Shown here piece by piece: positions 21,462 through 31,760 of a DNA stretch of 64,000 nucleotides (its first letter is position 1; every line of letters begins with the position of its first letter). Where the stretch lies: the NCBI GenBank assembly GCA_046483985.1, contig JAWOCD010000004.1, positions 1 through 64,000 on the forward strand. The letters are read 5' to 3'. The position numbers and the translations under genes are program-made. The stretch comes from Promethearchaeia archaeon (GTDB lineage: Archaea; Asgardarchaeota; Lokiarchaeia; Sigyniarchaeales; SOKP01). The notes below the pieces were generated by a model. The model saw only the letters and a program-made list of their open reading frames with translations. It had not been told where the DNA came from and ran no database searches.

Positions 21462-21746
21462 GTGCCCAAGATTATCAAAAAGGAATATGATCGTTATCAT
21501 AAGATCTTAGGAAAAACTAAAATTTTCAAGGAGATTATTAATTGTGTGGAAGATTTAAATGAAACATTTGACTCCATTGAGGCTATAATTTCAGAAGATT
21601 TAGAATCCGGAAGATCATTTATTAATAAGGTTTTTACCAAGGAACCGCAAGAAACCGTTAGCTTTAACCAAGGAACCATAGAAGAACTGTTTGAACTTTT
21701 GAAGTTAGCTCGAAGTAGTTTAAAAGAGCTCGAGCAAAACCATTAA
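21462..21746 (+). CDS. Hypothetical protein
   Basis: 94-aa ORF with typical composition. Confidence 0.55.
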   Translation: MPKIIKKEYDRYHKILGKTKIFKEIINCVEDLNETFDSIEAIISEDLESGRSFINKVFTKEPQETVSFNQGTIEELFELLKLARSSLKELEQNH

Positions 21747-21820
21747 ATAGGACCCTCTTTATATTATATTAACTACATTACACAAAAAGAAAGGTAATAA
21801 GGAGGTAAAACCTATATTAC

Positions 21821-23326
21821 ATGATTTTCATGGAAAAAAAAACAAAACGAATCGCATTAGGCATCATCTTAACAGTAATAATAACCTTTAGTTCTATCGG
21901 TGTCTTTACAATTCTCTTTTTCTGGAATAATTACAGTATTCCTCTGGATGCACAAGAAAGTGTAAATTCGGTCGATCCTGATTATATATTTGACACGGGA
22001 GATCTTACAGAATCCGGTCAAACAGAGGAATATAAGGCGTACAATGAATGGACAACTTCACTAGAAGGAAAAGTTTTTGCCGTTCAAGGCGGCCATGATC
22101 GAGAACATCGAAGAGGTGACCCATATGGTACCGGATTTTTTACTGAATGTAACTTTGATTCTCCCACCGGTGTGCTAAAAATGGGGAATAATGTATTTAT
22201 ATTGATCTCTGAAGACCGATATTATCATCAAGAAGAAAATATATGGATGCATCATATAACTGACCAATTGCATCAATGGATTAGCGAAAAATTGGCAGAA
22301 TATGCAGTAAATGACACCAATATTTTCATTTTCGAGCATTGTCCCATAAAAAATACCGTTGCGTGGTCCGATGGAGAATGGTGGGCAACGGGCAATGATC
22401 CTTGGGAAAAAGTGTCAAATCGCTGGTTGGATCTTATGGGAGAATATGATGACCATATTGTCGCCCATGTTTCTGGACATATACATACTCATTATGCGTG
22501 GAAAGATACACCAAACGATACGGAAAAATACGGCTATGGAGATGGGGATGACGGCATTGAAGATGTAGGTCATTTTGTGAATGGGAGTGATAAAGAGGGG
22601 TTACCTAAGGTTTATTTTCTTAATCCACAAGCCCTCTGCTATACCCATGGAAGTGCATGGACCGAATTTGAAACTGCGGCTATTTATTATTATGATATGG
22701 AGCAGAATAAGGACCAGTTTACCATCAAGACACGCGATATTCACACGAAAAAGGATGTCGATTCGTATACGGTTAAAACCAATTTTCCTATAGATCTGGG
22801 AGACGGACAAATAAACTTTATCGAATCTAAGACCACCATTGTCTCAAAAAGTGAGACTAAAATAGGAAAAGAGGATTGGTTATTGGTCTCTAAGGGAAGT
22901 ATTGTCACTTTTCACAAAAAGTGGAATCTTCCCGTTGATAATTTCAGTATTGAATTTGATCCAGAAGACGTCCATTATACTATAGAAAGTATTGAAGAAG
23001 GAGACAACGAGGTTTTTATGGAGATCAAGTTTGAAGAGCAAGCAATCATTCGAGACGTGAATATCTTACCCTTCAAAAAGAATACAACCGAAAATAATGC
23101 GTCAATAGAGAACAAAAGAATGGTGTTTCTCACCGACATTCATTTTGATTCTCCCAAGAACGGACATCAATTTGGAGGGGTCCAAGTAGATGTATTGGCT
23201 CATTTTGGCATAATTGGGAAATTTCTTGAAAAGCAAAGTCCCATCGTGTTCATTATAGTAGGAAGTTTCACAGTATTACTGTTGCTTGCGGTCGGAGTCT
23301 ATATTTGGCAGAAAAAAAAGAAATAG
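21821..23326 (+). CDS. Calcineurin-like metallophosphoesterase, circularly permuted motif order, TM at both termini
   Basis: TGDLTESG, GGHD, FEH, SGHIH in the N-terminal half; MVFLTDIHF near the C-terminus. Confidence 0.75.
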   Translation: MIFMEKKTKRIALGIILTVIITFSSIGVFTILFFWNNYSIPLDAQESVNSVDPDYIFDTGDLTESGQTEEYKAYNEWTTSLEGKVFAVQGGHDREHRRGDPYGTGFFTECNFDSPTGVLKMGNNVFILISEDRYYHQEENIWMHHITDQLHQWISEKLAEYAVNDTNIFIFEHCPIKNTVAWSDGEWWATGNDPWEKVSNRWLDLMGEYDDHIVAHVSGHIHTHYAWKDTPNDTEKYGYGDGDDGIEDVGHFVNGSDKEGLPKVYFLNPQALCYTHGSAWTEFETAAIYYYDMEQNKDQFTIKTRDIHTKKDVDSYTVKTNFPIDLGDGQINFIESKTTIVSKSETKIGKEDWLLVSKGSIVTFHKKWNLPVDNFSIEFDPEDVHYTIESIEEGDNEVFMEIKFEEQAIIRDVNILPFKKNTTENNASIENKRMVFLTDIHFDSPKNGHQFGGVQVDVLAHFGIIGKFLEKQSPIVFIIVGSFTVLLLLAVGVYIWQKKKK

Positions 23327-23488
23327 ATCAACAAAAAAATCAAGGCAAAGGTTTTTTTCAATCTAAGAGGGCTTAAGTCCTTTTCTAATTATTTGAATCA
23401 CCATTTATCGATAGAAATCATTTCATCGATTTTCGTCGGTCTTAAAATGGCAATTTTCAAAAATAAATTATTCTTATATGAAGTTAAT

Positions 23489-25999
23489 ATGAAAAAAGTT
23501 AATTGGGAAGATTTAAATGCTTTATATAATGTAATTCCTTTAGTTAAACAATTTACTGATAAAAATCCAATAAAAAAATACTCCGCAAATCTTGATAAAA
23601 TTGAGAAAAAAATTAAAAATCTGAGAGAGTCATTAAAAACAGAAAAAAAATCGGATATAATTGAGAAACGATTTAAAAAGATACTGAAAAGATTAAAGAA
23701 GATTATACACAAAGAGGACTTTCCCCCCACCATTTTTATTGTTGGCGCTCACGGCGGTGTCATTGTTAAAGACGTTCCATTTTGTGAGTTTGATTCTCCA
23801 GAGTATGCAATGCATTCTCTTTTTGAAAAGATGAAATTAGCAATAAAAAATGAAATACCTTATAACTTAGAAATAGCAGTATGCTGTTTAGAATGGGTAC
23901 GAAATAACCATTCTAATAACATCTCAACTTTTTTGGACTTATTTCACAAGGGTATGTTTGAAATCATCAATCCCACCTATTCCCAACCATATAATTTACT
24001 TATCGGTGCTGAATCAAATATCAAACAATTTGAATATGGGATCCAAGTTTTGAAGGAATTAGGGCTAAAAGCGAATATCTATTACTGTACCGAAAGCTCT
24101 TTACATCCACAAATCCCCCAAATCCTCAAAGGGTTTGGAATAGAATATGCATCCCTTAGGGTTCGGCTTTTAGGAACAAATCCAACATCTCATTCTGGAA
24201 ATATCAACTGGAAGGGTATAGATAACACAAAAATCAATACACTATCCGATCAACCCGGACTTTACAATGGAGAATATTTTCACGGAACCTTTTTTCAAGA
24301 GATTCCAAACTTGCTATTCCAAGCAGTTTCACGCCCTATCTTGAACAATATTATTTATTCTTCTATAGAAGATTTTGTTATGCCCTTACCGTTTCAAGAG
24401 GATATATGGAGAGTCCATAAATATGCTGATCTTTTTGGGGAATTTTTTTTAAGTACTAAGGTATTTCAGCAATTAGAGAGGAGTGGTACATATAAATATT
24501 CCCGGGACGATTTTTTCTTGGGAGATAAACTTTTTAAGCTTTCCAATTTACTCCTCCAGAATAAAAAAGCAGAAATCTCTCTTATATCAGCAGAAATTTT
24601 TAATGTATTGGCTGGTTTTTTCGGGTTACAAGCAGAAATTCATCTTTTCGAAAAACTATGGAGAGATTTGCTTTTAGCTCAATCGCATGATGCCTACGCC
24701 GTTCCATATATTCGGACGGGAGATTATTCTCGGTTTCAATTAAGTAAAGAGGAAATAAAAAAACTTTCCTTAAAGGATTCGGAGATTTCAATATCAGCGC
24801 TAAGCATTCAGATTTGTAAGGAAATTCAAAAGAAATGTAATCAGTTTATTTCTAAAGGGCTTGAAAATATGACATCTAAAGATAATAAGAGAAAAAGGGT
24901 AAAAAATCAAGGAATTGTTATTTTTAATCCAAGTCCTTATTCCAGAAATGATATTGTTGAAATTTCCTTACCAAGACAAAATATCTCCAAAAGAATTTTA
25001 ACAAGGAAAGAACAAGAATTATTACATATTAAACAAGGTTCAAAAATCAAGTGTATTGTAGATCTACCGCCTTTTGGGTTTAAATTTTTAAAATTGAGCA
25101 ATAGAAAGTACGAACAATCGAACATTCAAGCTGAATATCTTTATGAAGTAGAGATCTCAAAAAATAAAGAAAGAATCCAATTCAAATATAAGGATAACCA
25201 TATCTTTAATATAGGATTTCGTGCCCCAGAATCTATTAGAATTGAGTCTTACGAAAAAGTAAGTACTGATATCGAAAAAAAAGATGTCATAACAGGTTTT
25301 AACCAAGAGGAAAAAGAAATTTTTTCTATGGAGATAATCCAATATTCCAAAATTAATCGATTAGAATTTATACTGGATAACGGAGACTTGGTTGAACTCC
25401 TGATTGAACCAATCATAAATATTCAAAAAACGTTGATTAATTATCCTTTCGGCATAGAAGAAACGAAAAGAAACCAAATAAAAACTCTAGATTTTATGTT
25501 ACTTAAAGGGAAGGATAAGGGGCTAATTTTTATTCAAAAAAATTGCCCTAGGTTTAAAATAAATCACCAGAATTACCATATTACAAATCAAGTTGAAAAA
25601 GGGAGACAGTTTGAATTTTCTATTTCTTTTCTGAAGGATCCAAGTATTAAGACTGCCAGAAGGTATGTCAATTGTTACTTTTATAGATCTTTCGGAGTCT
25701 ATACCACTTTAGGATTAAAAGAGTTCCCTAAAAATGATTTTTTCTCAATGGATAATGCAAGTACTTTTGTAAATTTATGGAGGAGAGGAGAAAAAATATA
25801 TCTCAGGGTGTTTAACCCTTCTGATAGAATGACCAAATTAAAAATATGTGGAAAATTGATGAGGGATCAAGTTGAAATTCTCGACTTTAATCATCGTACA
25901 ATTAAGAACAGTAATCCGAAAATTCTTGAACTAAAACCATGGAAAATAATGACTCTACGAGTTAATGGAGGAGAGGAGAAAAATGCCTACAGCGAATAA
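23489..25999 (+). CDS. Divergent GH38 (alpha-mannosidase)-like glycoside hydrolase
   Basis: YSQPYNLLIGAESNIKQ, LHPQIPQILKGFGI, WKGID, QSHDA, IFNPSPYSR, LKPWKIMTL; ATG at 23489 preferred over the track start. Confidence 0.65.
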   Translation: MKKVNWEDLNALYNVIPLVKQFTDKNPIKKYSANLDKIEKKIKNLRESLKTEKKSDIIEKRFKKILKRLKKIIHKEDFPPTIFIVGAHGGVIVKDVPFCEFDSPEYAMHSLFEKMKLAIKNEIPYNLEIAVCCLEWVRNNHSNNISTFLDLFHKGMFEIINPTYSQPYNLLIGAESNIKQFEYGIQVLKELGLKANIYYCTESSLHPQIPQILKGFGIEYASLRVRLLGTNPTSHSGNINWKGIDNTKINTLSDQPGLYNGEYFHGTFFQEIPNLLFQAVSRPILNNIIYSSIEDFVMPLPFQEDIWRVHKYADLFGEFFLSTKVFQQLERSGTYKYSRDDFFLGDKLFKLSNLLLQNKKAEISLISAEIFNVLAGFFGLQAEIHLFEKLWRDLLLAQSHDAYAVPYIRTGDYSRFQLSKEEIKKLSLKDSEISISALSIQICKEIQKKCNQFISKGLENMTSKDNKRKRVKNQGIVIFNPSPYSRNDIVEISLPRQNISKRILTRKEQELLHIKQGSKIKCIVDLPPFGFKFLKLSNRKYEQSNIQAEYLYEVEISKNKERIQFKYKDNHIFNIGFRAPESIRIESYEKVSTDIEKKDVITGFNQEEKEIFSMEIIQYSKINRLEFILDNGDLVELLIEPIINIQKTLINYPFGIEETKRNQIKTLDFMLLKGKDKGLIFIQKNCPRFKINHQNYHITNQVEKGRQFEFSISFLKDPSIKTARRYVNCYFYRSFGVYTTLGLKEFPKNDFFSMDNASTFVNLWRRGEKIYLRVFNPSDRMTKLKICGKLMRDQVEILDFNHRTIKNSNPKILELKPWKIMTLRVNGGEEKNAYSE

Positions 26000-26354
26000 A
26001 ATTCATCTTAGTTTTGAAATTGGTAAACTTAAAAATCAAGTAATTGAAGCGGGAATAACCAAATCCTTTAGGAAAGACCGTATATTTGAAGAGGTAATTA
26101 AAGAGATTTTAGAGTTTTATCACGGAAAGAAGGAGTTCGAAAAGAAAATTGACTTAAACAAAGTAGAAGTATTTGTAAACCGACCCCCCGAAAAATCTCA
26201 TAAACCTACTGAAGAGAATTTGGACAAATATTGTCCATTAGCAAGAAAAGTGAGGATTCCCTCCCATAAAAAGATGAAGAATAAGAACTTAGAATTGTCC
26301 GTAGAAAAAGTGGTAAAGACATCTAAAATTGGAGTTTTTACAATTTATTACTAA
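25965..26354 (+). CDS. Hypothetical protein
   Basis: 129-aa ORF overlapping the upstream gene end. Confidence 0.55.
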   Translation: MEERRKMPTANKIHLSFEIGKLKNQVIEAGITKSFRKDRIFEEVIKEILEFYHGKKEFEKKIDLNKVEVFVNRPPEKSHKPTEENLDKYCPLARKVRIPSHKKMKNKNLELSVEKVVKTSKIGVFTIYY

Positions 26355-26356
26355 AC

Positions 26357-27205
26357 TCATCCTTCAATCCATTTCTCAACCCTTGGAATCACCGGTTGTT
26401 TCAGAATTTTTCGCAGCCATTCACGGCGAGTTTTTATCTTATCAGGGACTATACTCCCAGGATGATCCCCAATGGGTGTAATTAAATGCCCTTCTATCCA
26501 TCTTCGTTTGAGGATACTATTCCAAAAAACCGATTTTAACACCATTTGTAAGGACTGATGAAGGGGCGCATTTGCCGAATATGGGCTACACTTCCCGGTT
26601 TTCATGGCAGCGACAAGATCATCGGGGTCTTCACTATTTACAGCTACTTGCGTGAAGGCGCACCCAAAAGTTTCCGGGCTATGTGCATCAGAACCTGCGA
26701 TCCTCCTTCCCGTGGGAAATTGACTATAAACCTTATGAGTCTTAATATTTTGATGATAAATTGTCCCGTTTGTCCATTCAATCCCGTCAATGTCCAATCG
26801 CTTTACCACTTCTGGAACCCATAAGCCTTGGTGTGGATTTGAATATGGATGAGCAAGGAAAATTGCGCAGCCTTGTTCCCTCAGATATTCAATTGCGATA
26901 TCTGGATCAATAGTATCCCTTCGATAGGGCCATTCATTTACGCCATAGGCAAGAATATGGTTATAATTTGTAGAAACTTCTATTGCAGATATACACGGTA
27001 AGTTTGCTTCCTTGGCCTCTTTTTTGATCCTTCCCGCTCCTTCCACAGTATCGTGTGCCATCGCGCAGACATAGTTAAAACCTTTCTTTTTAGTACATTT
27101 TATAAAATCTCGAGGGGAAAGTAATCCGTCATGCAAATCAAAATAACTGTGAATATGGGCATCAAAAACTGCCCCAAATTCTTCAATACTGTACTTTATA
27201 GCCAT
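26357..27205 (-). CDS. PHP-domain metallohydrolase
   Basis: DAHIHS, AHD, HILAYG, LAHP, GSDAH. Confidence 0.85.
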   Translation of the reverse strand: MAIKYSIEEFGAVFDAHIHSYFDLHDGLLSPRDFIKCTKKKGFNYVCAMAHDTVEGAGRIKKEAKEANLPCISAIEVSTNYNHILAYGVNEWPYRRDTIDPDIAIEYLREQGCAIFLAHPYSNPHQGLWVPEVVKRLDIDGIEWTNGTIYHQNIKTHKVYSQFPTGRRIAGSDAHSPETFGCAFTQVAVNSEDPDDLVAAMKTGKCSPYSANAPLHQSLQMVLKSVFWNSILKRRWIEGHLITPIGDHPGSIVPDKIKTRREWLRKILKQPVIPRVEKWIEG

Positions 27206-27303
27206 GTAAGTCTGATAAAAATAATTATTTCTCTAATATAAATTACGGGAAAAAGTTTCTAAATTGATCTTGAATAGAAAACCAACAATAAAAATATTTG
27301 CGT

Positions 27304-27351
27304 ACAAAATTCAACCCCGATCTAAAAGACGGGGACCTCTTTTGCTATAAG
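27304..27351 (-). mobile_element. Degenerate IS200/IS605-type hairpin element, copy 3
   Basis: Minus strand TTTAA|CTTATAGCAAAAGAGGTCCCCGTCTTTTAGATCGGGGTTGAATTTTGT. Confidence 0.55.
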
Positions 27352-27448
27352 TTAAAAAGTATAGTCACTCCTTTTCACCTTAATTCATGCTAAAGTCCTT
27401 TTTTATTATTAGCTGAACATTTTTATTCCCAGAATTCTATTCTAACAT

Positions 27449-28723
27449 ATGCATAACAAGTTCATCCCCATCATTCCGAACCATATTGTTTTAAGAAGAT
27501 ATGAAAATATAAATATTTACGACATAAAGTTGGATGAGTCCTATTTAATTGATGAAGAAGCTTATTCAGTTCTTAAATTAATAAATGGGCGAAACACCGT
27601 GGATGAAATTTTAAAAAAGTACCCCATGGATAAAAAAGAAGAGATTAGAGAAGCTTTAGCAACGTTTTCGGATTTAAAAATCATTTCGTTTTTGCCCGAA
27701 AAACCCAAAGATTCCAAAGAGATTAACACAGAACATTTAAATCTTCCCGAGAAAAATCCTTTAAAACAACCTTATTTAAAAAATTTAATGGTTAATATTA
27801 CCGAAAGATGCAATTTAAAATGCAAACATTGCTATATAACAAATAAAGACCCGGTAGATATGGAACTTCAAAAACTAAAAAAGATTATAAAGGATTTTTA
27901 CGAATTACAGGGAATTCGCTTAATTTTAACCGGCGGTGAGCCCTTTATTTATAAGCATTTGAAGGAACTCCTTAGTTATTTAAAAGAATTCGCACTTCAA
28001 AAGGTACTACTCTCTAATGGAACACTTATTACGCAAAATAAAGAATTAATAGATTTATTGAAAGATAATAATGTAGAGATTTTTATAAGCATGGATGGTT
28101 TAGAAGAATCACATAATGATTTTCGAGACGCTAACTGTTTTCAAGACACAATAGACGGAATAAAATTTCTCCTAAGCAATAGCATAAAAACTTCAATCAA
28201 TACAATGGTTCATAAGCAAAATATCGATGAGTTTGAAGAGATGTTTAATTTGATTAATGCATTGGAGGGAAATATAGCAAATTGGTCAATAGATATTCCG
28301 ACGTTCGAAGAAGACATCCCAGAAGGAATAAGAAAAAAGTATGAAGTACCCGGAGAAGAAGGAGGCAAAATCTTAAAACATTATGGGTGGGGCGAAGTAT
28401 ATGAGTCTGAATGTCACAATTTTGCATGTGGTCCAAATTTAATGGCTATAGATGTAAAGGGGATTGTTACGAAGTGCGGATTTTTTTATAGTCGGAATGC
28501 AGGAAATATATTTAAAATCGGGATGGAAAAAGCGTGGAAGCGAATTCAAAAGAACTTGAATTGGACTTTGGATGAATTAAAATGTGAGGATTGTGATTTT
28601 ATTGAAAATTGTCGGGGAGGATGTCGTTATAGAGCATTTAAGCAAACTGGGAACATTCAGGGTATTGACAAGTATAAATGTTATCAATTTGGAAAAATCA
28701 AAAATAATAATAATGTAAAATAA
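27449..28723 (+). CDS. Radical SAM/SPASM protein with N-terminal PqqD-like RRE (peptide maturase type)
   Basis: N-term ~85 aa YLIDEEAYSVLKLINGRNTVDEI; CNLKCKHC; TGGEP; SPASM CG...C...CEDCDFIENCRGGC...C. Confidence 0.85.
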   Translation: MHNKFIPIIPNHIVLRRYENINIYDIKLDESYLIDEEAYSVLKLINGRNTVDEILKKYPMDKKEEIREALATFSDLKIISFLPEKPKDSKEINTEHLNLPEKNPLKQPYLKNLMVNITERCNLKCKHCYITNKDPVDMELQKLKKIIKDFYELQGIRLILTGGEPFIYKHLKELLSYLKEFALQKVLLSNGTLITQNKELIDLLKDNNVEIFISMDGLEESHNDFRDANCFQDTIDGIKFLLSNSIKTSINTMVHKQNIDEFEEMFNLINALEGNIANWSIDIPTFEEDIPEGIRKKYEVPGEEGGKILKHYGWGEVYESECHNFACGPNLMAIDVKGIVTKCGFFYSRNAGNIFKIGMEKAWKRIQKNLNWTLDELKCEDCDFIENCRGGCRYRAFKQTGNIQGIDKYKCYQFGKIKNNNNVK

Positions 28724-28754
28724 TATAATTCTAAAAGAAATAGGTTGATCAAAA

Positions 28755-29000
28755 ATGGTTAAAGAACATGAAATAATCAGAACTGAGGAGGATATCACTC
28801 CTTTAAACCGTAAATTAATTAACACTATCTGCCATAAATGTAATTTCTATGCCGAAGATCAAGAATATTGGGAAAAAGAGTATGAATGTGGAGCTTATAA
28901 ATTAGTTAGGCAAATGGTAAAAGAGAAAATAATCAATATAGATGAAATCGAAGAATTATTCAAGGCAGTGGATCTAAATCCTTCAAGAGACTTAAGGTAA
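28755..29000 (+). CDS. Small Cys-containing protein, probably co-transcribed with the rSAM
   Basis: ICHKCNFY...YECGAY; 31 bp after the rSAM stop. Confidence 0.65.
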   Translation: MVKEHEIIRTEEDITPLNRKLINTICHKCNFYAEDQEYWEKEYECGAYKLVRQMVKEKIINIDEIEELFKAVDLNPSRDLR

Positions 29001-29121
29001 GTTTTTAGATTGTATATTTATGTATCTCTTTACATATTTTTATAGGTTTAACGAAAGGAAAAGACAAAAATTACATTTGTAGAGACGGGAAAATTTAATT
29101 TCGAAAAAGGATTACTACAAT

Positions 29122-30015
29122 ATGATGGCTAAGAATTCTGAAAAATCTCTTCCTTTAAGAACCTTTCCGCTTATTTCTTGTTCTCGACGAACAGATATCC
29201 CTGCATTTTTAATGGAGTGGGTAAAAGAAAAAATAGAGCAAGGATTTGTGGATGTAACAAATCCTTTTAATCGAAACCAGATTACTCGCGTCTCTTTAAA
29301 ACCAGAAGATATAAAATGCTGGTGCTGGTGGAGTAAGAATTATGGACCTTGGATCTGGACATATAAAGCAAATCCTAAACTGTTCAATCAATATAAAGGA
29401 CATTATTTTCAATTTACGATTAATAGCCCTTCAAAGCTTGAGCGAAATCTTAAAATCTCTTTACGGGAACGGTTTTCTCAACTCGAGTGGTTAATAGATC
29501 AGTTTGGAACTACGGCGGTAAATTACCGATTTGATCCAGTTATTCTATACAAAAAGAAAGGAGAGAAAAAAATAAGGAGCAATCTCAGCCATTTTGAGCA
29601 AATTATTAAAAAAGTGAGTTCCTTAGGTCTTGAAGAGATGGTATTTTCCTTTGCAACGCTCTACAATAAGGTAAAAAACCGAATGCCGAAAAGAGGGTTT
29701 AGTCCTATTAAGATCTCCTTAGCGAAAAAGAAAGAAATTTTAGAAAAACTCAAAAGCATATGCGAAAAATATGGCATTCAAATGCGTGCCTGCTGCCAGC
29801 CAAAATTATTAAAAATTGAAGGTATTCAGCAAGCACATTGTATTGACGCACACAAAATCGAAGCAATAATAGGTGAATCTGTTCCGAAAAGAAAAGATAC
29901 TGGACAAAGAGATGCGTGCGGTTGCCATAAATCCAAGGATATCGGAGGGTATACGGGAATCTTCAGATGTAAGCACAATTGCGATTACTGTTATGCAAAT
30001 CCCGCGAGAAAATAA
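29122..30015 (+). CDS. DUF1848 family protein (radical SAM-like)
   Basis: ISCSRRTDIPAF, WSKN, FQFTI, RFDP, C-terminal CGC..SKDIG...CKHNCDYCYAN. Confidence 0.9.
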   Translation: MMAKNSEKSLPLRTFPLISCSRRTDIPAFLMEWVKEKIEQGFVDVTNPFNRNQITRVSLKPEDIKCWCWWSKNYGPWIWTYKANPKLFNQYKGHYFQFTINSPSKLERNLKISLRERFSQLEWLIDQFGTTAVNYRFDPVILYKKKGEKKIRSNLSHFEQIIKKVSSLGLEEMVFSFATLYNKVKNRMPKRGFSPIKISLAKKKEILEKLKSICEKYGIQMRACCQPKLLKIEGIQQAHCIDAHKIEAIIGESVPKRKDTGQRDACGCHKSKDIGGYTGIFRCKHNCDYCYANPARK

Positions 30016-30020
30016 TTAAA

Positions 30021-31694
30021 TTAATCCGCTTTTGGTAAAGTGAGAATAAATTTACTTCCTCGGGTATAATCATCTTCAACTTTATTTTCAACCCGGATTA
30101 ATCCGTTGTAACTATCGACTATTTTTTTAACCAAGGATAAACCTACCCCATGCTGGGAATCCCCTTTTCCGATTTTTGATTTGAATAAACCATCCTTCTT
30201 CTCATCTGGAATCCCAACTCCGTTATCTATAAATTCCATTTGAACCATTTGCTTATCATCTTGGCTTATAATAGACACGTTTATTGTAATTTCTATATGT
30301 GAAGAATCATTATGAATGATGGCGTTCATTATCAGATTTTCAAAAATATCTCGAAGCAGCTCATTCGCTTTCACTTGCAGATCATTAAAATCATAATTGA
30401 GGAAAAAAATGATTTTATGTGATTTATAACTTTTTACTATAAAGTCCATAGTGGTTTTTAACTGATGATAGAGATCGATATTTTGTAGTTGAAAATCTTT
30501 ATTAATTTGAGATAATTTAGAAACATTTTTTATTATTCGAGCTCCTCTTACAACTTGCTCTTTAAGAATATGATTTATTTCTTTAAACTTATCAGATTTA
30601 GGAGGATCTTTCAGATAAATCGAATTGAGATCCACAGAAGTGCGAATGTTTTGTAAAATATTATTCATATCATGGGTAAGGAGATTTTGGTATAAATTCA
30701 CCCTCTGGTAAGCATCTTTGTATTTTTTCTCTGATTGTCTTAAATTTTTGGTACGTGCTCTTACCTTTGATTCCAATTTTTCATTCAATTCTTTAAGTTT
30801 TTCTTTTGATCTTTGGAGTTCAAAGAGTGCTTTCTTTTTTTTGGTGATATCTTGAACGAGACTTATAACATATTTGGGTTTATCATTAATATCACGGACC
30901 AAGGTTGCTGTGAGATCCCCCCAGATAATTTTACCGCTTTTATGAATGTATCTTTTTTCGATGTGGTAAAATTCTCGCTTTCCACATACCAATTCACGGA
31001 ATAAATTTAAGTCGATATCTTTATCCTCTGGATGCGTGAATTCTTGGAAATGGGTATCGTTTAACTCCTCCTCGGAATAACCAAGAAAATTATGGAGATA
31101 TGTATTCATCTCAAGGGGGCGCCCTTTCATATCAACTCGGGCAACTCCAATAGAACTACTGGAAACTATAGCGCTGTAGCGTGATTCCCGATCCTTTAAT
31201 TTTTCTCTAATTCTTTTTATCTTTCTAATATCATTAATAGTGCAGATCATATTTGTAAACTGATTCTGCTCTTTTAACGGAATTAACCATCCTGATCGGA
31301 ATCTTTGGGTTTTTCCAAGAGTTAGAACATTAATACCATCATAAAATATGGGTTTAAGATGTCTTTTTGCTTTATTATAATATTTAATAAACTCTTTAAC
31401 TGACCCTTCCGGAAAATCCGTATAAAGATTCCTTCCAACTATTTTTTCACTTGGGACATCAGCAATTCTCTCTAAACTTTTATTACAGTAAACAATAATA
31501 TCATTCTCATTTGTAATCCAAACACCATTCCGAACAGCATCAAGTATTTTTTGATAAAATTCTTTTTGGTTCTGAAGCTTTTTTTCTAACTGATCTTTAT
31601 CTGCAGTTAATCGCTCTATTTTTTCCTTAGATTTTTGTTTGAATGATTTAAACTCATCAAGTAATCTATCATATTTATCTTTCAGATCCATCAA
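30021..31694 (-). CDS. Cytoplasmic multi-PAS sensor histidine kinase
   Basis: Coiled coil, two PAS (THPED), LTHDMNN, FENLIMNA, DNGVGI, GVGL. Confidence 0.9.
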   Translation of the reverse strand: MMDLKDKYDRLLDEFKSFKQKSKEKIERLTADKDQLEKKLQNQKEFYQKILDAVRNGVWITNENDIIVYCNKSLERIADVPSEKIVGRNLYTDFPEGSVKEFIKYYNKAKRHLKPIFYDGINVLTLGKTQRFRSGWLIPLKEQNQFTNMICTINDIRKIKRIREKLKDRESRYSAIVSSSSIGVARVDMKGRPLEMNTYLHNFLGYSEEELNDTHFQEFTHPEDKDIDLNLFRELVCGKREFYHIEKRYIHKSGKIIWGDLTATLVRDINDKPKYVISLVQDITKKKKALFELQRSKEKLKELNEKLESKVRARTKNLRQSEKKYKDAYQRVNLYQNLLTHDMNNILQNIRTSVDLNSIYLKDPPKSDKFKEINHILKEQVVRGARIIKNVSKLSQINKDFQLQNIDLYHQLKTTMDFIVKSYKSHKIIFFLNYDFNDLQVKANELLRDIFENLIMNAIIHNDSSHIEITINVSIISQDDKQMVQMEFIDNGVGIPDEKKDGLFKSKIGKGDSQHGVGLSLVKKIVDSYNGLIRVENKVEDDYTRGSKFILTLPKAD

Positions 31695-31760
31695 TAAATT
31701 AATTATACTATTACTATATATATATATATATATTTTTTTCTTGTATCAAGCCCCCATATT

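Noticed and set aside
21158-21500. Minus-strand ORFs 21158..21385 and 21240..21500 with repeated motifs
   Set aside because: Antisense shadows of the Cys-rich peptide, whose frame explains the synonymous pattern.
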